A stretch of DNA of 24,000 nt, taken from positions 650,152-674,151 of the forward strand of contig CAVOJB010000004.1 of assembly GCA_963696175.1 (NCBI GenBank), read 5' to 3'. Every line of letters begins with the position of its first letter. Position 1 is the first letter of the stretch. The notes below the pieces were generated by a model. It was not told the origin of the DNA. It did no database searches and worked only from the letters and a program-made list of their open reading frames with translations. This stretch comes from an uncultured Actinomycetota bacterium. Its GTDB lineage: Bacteria > Actinomycetota > Actinomycetes > Mycobacteriales > Nakamurellaceae. The position numbers and the translations under genes are program-made. Below are positions 18,384 to 24,000 of this stretch, one piece after another.

Positions 18384-20501
18384 GGTGAAACTTGCACAGG
18401 CACGCGAGATTGCAGGGACAGGTGACCCCACTGTCTTGTTTGCCGGGGCAGAATTCGTCGGAGTGGTCCAGTTGACACCGCCACGCAGGTTGCCGGCAGG
18501 ACGGGAACCGGCAGGTTTGATCGCGTTGGTTGACGTAGTCCCGTTGGGCCTGCCGCGGCCGGTAGGCGGTGCGGCCGAGGTCGAGCGCGGTGCCGCAGGT
18601 GGGGTTGACCGCGACAGCGGTGATGGTGGCAGCGCTGGCGGCCAGGGCGCGGGCCAGGTCCGCCGGGATCGTGCCGTGGCCGTCGAGTTCGCCGGGCAGG
18701 TCGTCAAGTCCGGCCAGGGTGGTCGCGGCGATGGTGACGTTCAACCCGGTGGCCCGGCCCTGGTGGGTGCCAAGCCCCCACATCGGCGGTGCCGGTGACG
18801 TACCGGGTTCATGGCATCGGCAGCTGGTCACAGCGCTGCTAGGCACACGCTCAGCGGCGTGCGTTGCCAGCACCGGGGCCGGTCACCCGGCTGCCGCGGT
18901 CGCACAGTCGCGGGCCCGCCAGCGTGACGGCAGGTCGCTCCCGCTGGTCGATCTTCGGTCGCCGCGGGACCACCGGAACCGGCGATAGCGTTGCCCGATG
19001 CCCGGACAACTGTCAGTCGTCTCGGTTGTGGCACGAACATCGCCGTCAGCGGTGCCAGGGGTGGGCGAAGGACTTACACCGTCGGTCGTTACGTTACTGC
19101 CGGGACCGGTCGCGATGCCCACGCCGAAATCAGTTTCGACCGTCAGCGTTGTCAGCTGTGGGATCGCTGTCAGCCGTGTTTGCTGTGGTGGTAGGACTTC
19201 CGCTGTCGGTCAAATGCGGCCGGCGCGTCGGCGCCCGGCTCGGGGTGGTTCGGGCAGGGCCGCCTGGGGTCGACGTTGGTGTGTCCCTTGCCCAGGATGG
19301 TGTGCAGGTGCACCGAGCCGTGGTCGGCGAGTTGGTCGAAGATGTCGGCGAACGCATCGGTGCGGAGCGCGTTGATCGTGCGGGTCTCCGTCGCGCAGCG
19401 GGAATTGATAAGCGCGATCTGATCGAGCACGGTGAACGCCGTGCAGGCCTTGTCAGCGGGCAGGTCGGCCCGGAACACCGACATCCCGTCCTCCCCGGCC
19501 CTCAGGGAAACGCTGCGGTTGCGACGCGCCGCCTGTTGACGTTTCTTCGCGGCCGCCGGGTCGGCAGCAATCACGGCCCGGTCCACGATGCCCCGCAACT
19601 GCCCCGCATTACGGGTCGCCGCCTTCGGGACCACGACGTCCTCCACCCGCCGCCGCAGGTCCGGCGGCAGGTTCTGGGTGCGATCGGCGATCACCAGCGA
19701 CCGACCCCGGTCGATCACCCCGCGCTGCAGCGCGGTGAGCGTGACCGGTAGCCCGTCGGTGAAGTCGACAGCCTGACTGACCCGCCGGTCCGCGCTGATC
19801 GGCGACACCCGCAGCGCCGCAGCGACCTCCGCCGCGGCGACCTTGAACGCCGCCAACCCCAGCGCCTCACTGACGGCCGGGTCGCCATGAACCTGGACAC
19901 CCGAACAGCCCAGATCCTCCTCCCCCGAACGGGTTCCGGGTGAACCGTCCGACGGCCCGGACCACCCGCACGCACGATCGGTGGACTTCTGATGCAGGGG
20001 TTGACCGGGTGCGGACGCATACCCGGTCAGATCCTCCGTCGGCGCGCAGACGCCCGGCCGGGCAAACGCAGCCAGATACCGGTGCTGCACCGCCTGAGTC
20101 CACGACGCCAACCGCTCCGCGGCGCACGCCGCGTCCAGCAACCCGGTCGCCGACAGCCGCCGCCGGGCGATCGCGTCCAACATCAACGCCGTGGCCGGAC
20201 CCGGATCCTCCGCCCGGGCGCGGGCCGCGACCCGATCCGCCCCCGGAACCGTCTCGGCCTCCTCCACCAAGTCCTCGAACGTCGCCTCAGGTGCGTCGTC
20301 AACACCCCCAGCAGGGTCCGGTAACGACAGGAAGTACCGCACGAAATCGGACTCCAACCCGGTGGATCCGCCGGCATCGCCTGCGTCGCCCCGTCCCGGG
20401 GGATCGTCCGCACAAAGCGGGTCCCGGTCGTTACCTGCCATGTCGTCACCGTTGTTGTTCACTGCCGCCCCCCGTCGAACCCTGTCATCATTATCGTACA
20501 T
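18384..20501 (-). pseudogene. DUF222 + HNH endonuclease gene (REP13E12-like), 5' exon; coding frame broken between the DUF222 and HNH parts
   Basis: ORF 19170..20501 is DUF222-like (LSATGLLDAACAAERLASWTQAVQHRYLAAF...VSQAVDFTDGLPVTLTALQRGVIDRGRSLVI...). ORF 18373..18873 carries TLAGLDDLPGELDGHGTIPADLAR...QRDQTCRFPSCRQPAWRCQLDHSDEF...NLACLCKFH. The two parts are in different frames, and an in-frame TGA lies at 18883-18885. Confidence 0.7.
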
Positions 20502-20502
20502 G

Positions 20503-21077
20503 TGTACTGGCTAGTTGCTTGAATCAAGTCAGAATGGAACGTCCACTGCCGCAGCAGGATTCCGTCGCTCATCCGAGTGGGTGCGGGTCGACTATTCGCG
20601 GACGTTGTCAGGAGCTCCAGTCGTGGTTTCCTGACGACCAGGCTTGCCTGCTGTACTGGAGGAGCTGACGGCGGCCCGACGGCTTCGTCTGCCCGTCCTG
20701 TGAGTACGAAAGGCGTTCCTGGCGGACGGCCAAGGCGAAGTGCGATGTGCACCGCCTGCGGCCGCCAGACCTCGGTGACCGCCGGGACGATCTTCCGACC
20801 GGATGCGGACACCGTTGTCGACGTGGTTCGCGGCGATCTGGTTCCTGACTTCGCAGAAGAACGGCGATGTACGCGCTGGGTCTGCAGCGGGTGCTCGAGG
20901 TTCGGGTCTTACGAGACTGCGTGGGCGTGGTTACAGAAGCTCCGCCGGGCGATGGTCAGGCCTGACCGGGACCTTCTCTCGCGGTGTTCGTTCGAAGCTT
21001 GATGAAGTGTTCGTCGGGCGATGAGTCTCGCGGCAACCGACCGAGCTTGCGGTTGGACAGCGACTCCACGGCGATGA
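20503..21077 (+). pseudogene. IS1595-family (ISXO2-like) element, left end plus frameshifted transposase N-terminal fragment
   Basis: ATG 20534 lies ~30 nt from the terminus. IS1595 signatures are spread over three frames: LQSWFPDDQACLLYW, PDGFVCPSCEY, CTACGRQTSVTAGTIF, PLSTWFAAIWFLTSQKNG, GSYETAWAWLQKLRRAMVRP and LDEVFVG (start of the DDE domain). The fragment is truncated at the palindrome centre. Confidence 0.75.
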
Positions 21078-21632
21078 TCATCGCGGTGGAGTCGCTGTCC
21101 AACTGCAAGCTCGGTCTTGCCGCGAGACTGCAAGTCGCCCACAGACCGCTCGATCGAGTTCAACAACCCGGAGGGCGGTCGCGGTGAACGTCCTCGACGA
21201 TGGCTCGGCGGAGCTTCTGGAACGACGGCGCCACGCAGTCTCGAACGACCCGAACCCGAGCACTCGGCTGCGAGACCCAGCGCGGACATCCGTGCTTCTG
21301 CGAAGTCAGGAACCAGATCGCACGCGAACCAGGTCGACCGGTGTGCAGATCCGGTCGAGATCGTCGGCGGTCACCGAGGCTGGCCGCAGGCGGGCACATT
21401 GCACTTCGCCGGCGTCGCCAGGAACGCCTTGCGTACCCCCAGGACGAGCAGACGAAGCCGGTTCGGGCCACCGCATCTGCTCCAGGCACAGTCGGCGGTT
21501 TGCTGGTCAGGTACCGATTGGAGCTCCAACAAGCCGCGGACAGTCGACCCGCACCGACTCGGATGAGCGGCGGAATCCCGTTGCGGCAGTGGTCGTCCCA
21601 TTCTGACTTGATTCAAGCAACTAGCCAGTACA
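21078..21632 (-). pseudogene. Second, diverged IS1595-family left-end fragment in inverted orientation
   Basis: The minus strand carries the same terminus and homologous, frameshifted motifs: GFVCSSWGY, AIWFLTSQKHG, FQKLRRAIVED and VVELD. It is truncated at the equivalent position. Confidence 0.75.
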
Positions 21633-21749
21633 TATGTTCGACAACAGGCACAAGAGCGGGTATGATAGGGCGCAGAAGGAAGTTTCAGCGGTATCAAGCA
21701 CCGCGACCACGGGGGAACAATGCGCATCAGACATGCGGCAAAGCTCAGG

Positions 21750-22410
21750 CGGTCGGCCCAGAGCATGGGTGCTAGCGGGACCCAACCGGTGCGTTGTGAG
21801 TGCTTCGGCGACGATTGCTTCCGGCACCGGGAACGGCAACCCGCCACCCACCAGATGCGGAATCCGATGTACGTGGGCCGCTCCACCGGCGGGACGTACC
21901 TGCTCAGCACGCCGCACCTCGAGACCCGGCTCAACGGACTGGTCCTAATGAGCACGGCACCCGACTCATCCTGGTTGCCCGCATTCATCGCAATGACCGA
22001 GCAGAACCTGCTCCCCTGTCGTCGCGACTGCCATCCAGGCGTACGAGAAGGACCCGACAGACTCGAATCTCGCCGCGATAGCAGTCGCGCCTGCCGGCTG
22101 GAACTTCGGACACGGTTGTGTCGACATCGGCCGAGACCTGCTCGCCCGCATGCCGTATCACGGCCAGCGGCCACCTGGTCGGACGAGAACTTCGACCACA
22201 CCTACACCGCGAATTGGTTGCGGGCCACCCTACCCACCCTGATCATCATCGGCGGCGACGACCGCATCGTCACCCAACATCTCAGGGACGACGGCCGGTA
22301 CAGCGGAAACCACGTCACCCGAGCCGTCATCGACGACGGCGCGCACTTCCGTGGATCGAGAATCCGTCGGCCGTCACAAAGGCCCTTCAACAGTTTGCGC
22401 ACGAACAAAC
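21750..22410 (+). pseudogene. Alpha/beta-hydrolase fold gene, multiply frameshifted
   Basis: Family-like segments appear in all three plus-strand frames: MYVGRSTGGTYLLSTPHLETRLNGLVLMSTAP (nucleophile elbow GxSxG), VVATAIQAYEKDPTDSNLAAIAVAPAGWNF, LPTLIIIGGDDRIVT...VIDDGAHF, then PWIENPSAVTKALQQFAHEQ. No intact N-terminus and no proper stop codon. Confidence 0.6.
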
Positions 22411-22424
22411 GAACTTGTGGAAAC

Positions 22425-22690
22425 GTGAACAGTCGGGGCCCGTCGGGCCGCCGCGACTCGACCAGGCAGTGTCAGCGCGCGGCCGGTCGCGGGGTCCAAG
22501 TGGACGCGTCGGGCCCTCGCGACTCGACCAGGCACAGTCCGCGCGCGGCCGGTCGCGGGGCCGAATGGTGAACAGTCGACGACTGTCAGGCCGTCGCGAT
22601 TCGACCAGGCAGTGTCCGCGCGCGATCGGTTGCGGGGGCCGAGCGAGTGAACAGTGCGGCGACGAACGATCGCCACCGCGACGGCTTGTC
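22425..22690. repeat. Tandem 65-79 bp repeats, 3.5 copies, each with an internal hairpin (MIRU/REP-like)
   Basis: Units start with GTGAACAGT/GTGGACGCG at 22425, 22500, 22568 and 22647. The conserved core is CGCGACTCGACCAGGCAGTGTC(A/C)GCGCGCGGCCGGTCGCGGGG, with CCGCGAC...GTCGCGG inverted arms. Confidence 0.85.
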
Positions 22691-22777
22691 GGACACCGGC
22701 CCGTCGAGACGGACACCGTTGATGTGTCGACGCTGCGCTTCTGCCGCAATGATCTGGGCGGTGAACAGTTCATACAT
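22586..22777 (-). CDS. Possible 63-aa hypothetical protein
   Basis: ATG 22777 is preceded by AAGGGAGAG. The product is MYELFTAQIIAAEAQRRHINGVRLDGPVSDKPSRWRSFVAALFTRSAPATDRARTLPGRIATA. Its C-terminal half is merely a translation of the tandem repeats, so the call is weak. Confidence 0.2.
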   Translation of the reverse strand: MYELFTAQIIAAEAQRRHINGVRLDGPVSDKPSRWRSFVAALFTRSAPATDRARTLPGRIATA

Positions 22778-22794
22778 GACGCTCTCCCTTCGCG

Positions 22795-22836
22795 GTTCTG
22801 TACCGCTACAGAACCTCTGTACCGCTACAGTAGAAC
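22795..22836. promoter_or_regulatory. Two tandem palindromic operator-like sites (GTTCTGTACCGCTACAGAAC and CTCTGTACCGCTACAGTAGAAC)
   Basis: CTGTACCGCTACAG is repeated exactly at 22798-22811 and 22817-22830, 19 bp apart. The first copy has perfect 8-bp inverted arms. The TGTA-N4-TACA core resembles LacI-family operators. The sites lie 90-130 bp upstream of the LacI-family gene starting at 22926. Confidence 0.45.
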
Positions 22837-22925
22837 GAAATGCTTTACCGGTCAAGCCATATTTTGGGTAAAGTTTGCCGGCAGAACGTGTCGCACGAAA
22901 CGTGTCACAGGGAGGTCGAGGATCC

Positions 22926-24000
22926 ATGCCGCGCATGACCTTGCAGACGGTCGCCGACAAGGTCGGCGTCAGCCGGATGACGGTCTCCAATGCCTTTTCC
23001 CGGCCCGACCAACTCTCGGCGGAGCTGCGCGACCGGATCCTTGCCGCCGCTGACGAGCTGGGCTATGTCGGCCCGGATCCCGCGGCGCGGGCGCTGGCCC
23101 GAGGCACGACAGGGGCGGTCGGGATCGTGCTGACCTCGGTCATCGGCAGTGCGTTCGGTGACGAGGTGGCCACCCAGTTCCTCGGCTCGATCGTCGAAGG
23201 GCTTGCGCCGTCGGGTCTTTCCCTCACCTTGCTGTCCAGCGAGGAGACCGGCGGACACGTGCCGGCCCGCGATGTGCAGATGGACGGCACGCTGGTCTAC
23301 CACTGCGATCCGACCTCACCGGCGCTGGCCTGGCTGCAACGACGGAAGCTGCCGCTGGTGTTCGTCGATCAGGAACCGAGCCCCGGGGTGCCCAGCGTCA
23401 ATGTCGACGACCGCGGCGGCGCCCGAATGGCGGCCGAACACCTCATCGCGCTGGGGCATCGGCGGATCGGCATAGTCAACGCCGGCGTCGTCGGACCACA
23501 CGGCCTCCAAACGCAGGAAACACCTGACCCACAGTCGTACGTGACTATTCAGCGGATGCTCGGCTGGCGGGAAGGCTTGACGGCCGCCGGCATCGAGCCC
23601 GTTGTGATCAAACAACCGCACACCACCGAGGAGGACGGCTACGCCGCGCTCGACCCGCTGCTGACCGCGGACCCGGGCATCACCGCGGTGCTGTGCTTCG
23701 CCGACACGATCGCCCACGGCGTGATGCTCGCTGCACAGGACCGGGGCCTCACCATTCCCGCCGACCTGTCCATCGTTGGCTTCGACGACAATCCGATGGC
23801 GGCCAGGCTTCGCCCGGCGCTGACCACCGTGCGACAGGATGTGGCCGAGAAGGGCCGTCTCGCAGCCGAACTCCTGATCCGGACCGTCGTTCCCGACGCT
23901 GCGGCGCTGGACCTGAACGGAGACCAGACCAACACGCCCAGCAAGAAGAAGGAGCATTTTGTGCTGCCCACCGAATTGATCGTCCGGGACAGCACGGGCC
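22926..24000 (+). CDS. LacI family transcriptional regulator (3' end beyond window)
   Basis: It is not in the ORF track because the frame has no stop before the window edge. ATG 22926 is preceded by GGGAGG. The product is MPRMTLQTVADKVGVSRMTVSNAFSRPDQLSAELRDRILAAADELGYVGPDPAARALARGTTGAVGIVL...VNVDDRGGARMAAEHLIALGHRRIG...LSIVGFDDNPMAARLRPALTTVRQD. Confidence 0.88.
   Translation, partial: MPRMTLQTVADKVGVSRMTVSNAFSRPDQLSAELRDRILAAADELGYVGPDPAARALARGTTGAVGIVLTSVIGSAFGDEVATQFLGSIVEGLAPSGLSLTLLSSEETGGHVPARDVQMDGTLVYHCDPTSPALAWLQRRKLPLVFVDQEPSPGVPSVNVDDRGGARMAAEHLIALGHRRIGIVNAGVVGPHGLQTQETPDPQSYVTIQRMLGWREGLTAAGIEPVVIKQPHTTEEDGYAALDPLLTADPGITAVLCFADTIAHGVMLAAQDRGLTIPADLSIVGFDDNPMAARLRPALTTVRQDVAEKGRLAAELLIRTVVPDAAALDLNGDQTNTPSKKKEHFVLPTELIVRDSTG

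Larger units (their letters stand above)
20486..21651. repeat. Large imperfect spacer-less palindrome (arms ~575-590 bp, centre at 21077/21078)
   Basis: The left outer end TGTACTGGCTAGTTGCTTGAATCAAGTCAGAATGG (20503-) is mirrored by CCATTCTGACTTGATTCAAGCAACTAGCCAGTACA (-21632). The centre reads ACAGCGACTCCACGGCGATGATCATCGCGGTGGAGTCGCTGT. The arms align throughout, with substitutions and small indels. Confidence 0.9.

Noticed and set aside
18864-19751. 295-aa plus-strand ORF; overlapping plus-strand ORFs lie at 18991..19194 and 18998..19375
   Set aside because: It is antisense to the DUF222 domain region. The product is Arg/Gly-rich and motif-free.
22425-22690. Possible small CRISPR array
   Set aside because: The units are contiguous tandem repeats with variable length and diverged cores. 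There are no unique spacers of 30-40 bp and no cas genes in the window.

Overview
This is a high-GC actinobacterial (Corynebacteriales/Mycobacteriaceae-like) chromosomal segment. That placement is inferred from GC content, Pro/Thr-rich lipoprotein linkers and a DUF222-HNH (REP13E12-type) gene. Positions 1-15.8 kb hold ordinary accessory-metabolism and regulatory genes. They comprise an SRPBCC protein, a class B flavin monooxygenase, a class A FAD aromatic hydroxylase, an HMG-CoA-lyase-like enzyme and an orphan AceE-like ThDP E1 enzyme. There are also two divergently transcribed secreted phosphoesterase-type lipoproteins, a LacI regulator, a SigG-like ECF sigma factor with a fused NTF2/SnoaL-like domain followed by a quinone oxidoreductase, a small membrane protein, an AraC regulator and a DUF1801 protein. 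Positions 16.2-22.7 kb are a decayed mobile-DNA patch. A complete 1.93 kb group II intron (RT/maturase, domains V and VI) sits exactly inside the HNH catalytic motif of a DUF222-HNH gene that is itself disrupted further upstream. Next to it is a spacer-less ~1.17 kb imperfect palindrome built from two head-to-head, frameshifted 5' fragments of an IS1595-family element. After that come a multiply frameshifted alpha/beta-hydrolase pseudogene and a block of 65-79 bp tandem hairpin repeats. The window ends with a second LacI-family regulator (3' partial) preceded by duplicated palindromic operator-like sites. I found no CRISPR array, tRNA/rRNA gene or recognisable defence operon. The most notable items are the intron/HNH arrangement, the IS-derived palindrome and two sets of phased intergenic repeats. 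All family assignments come from motif reading by eye, not from database searches.
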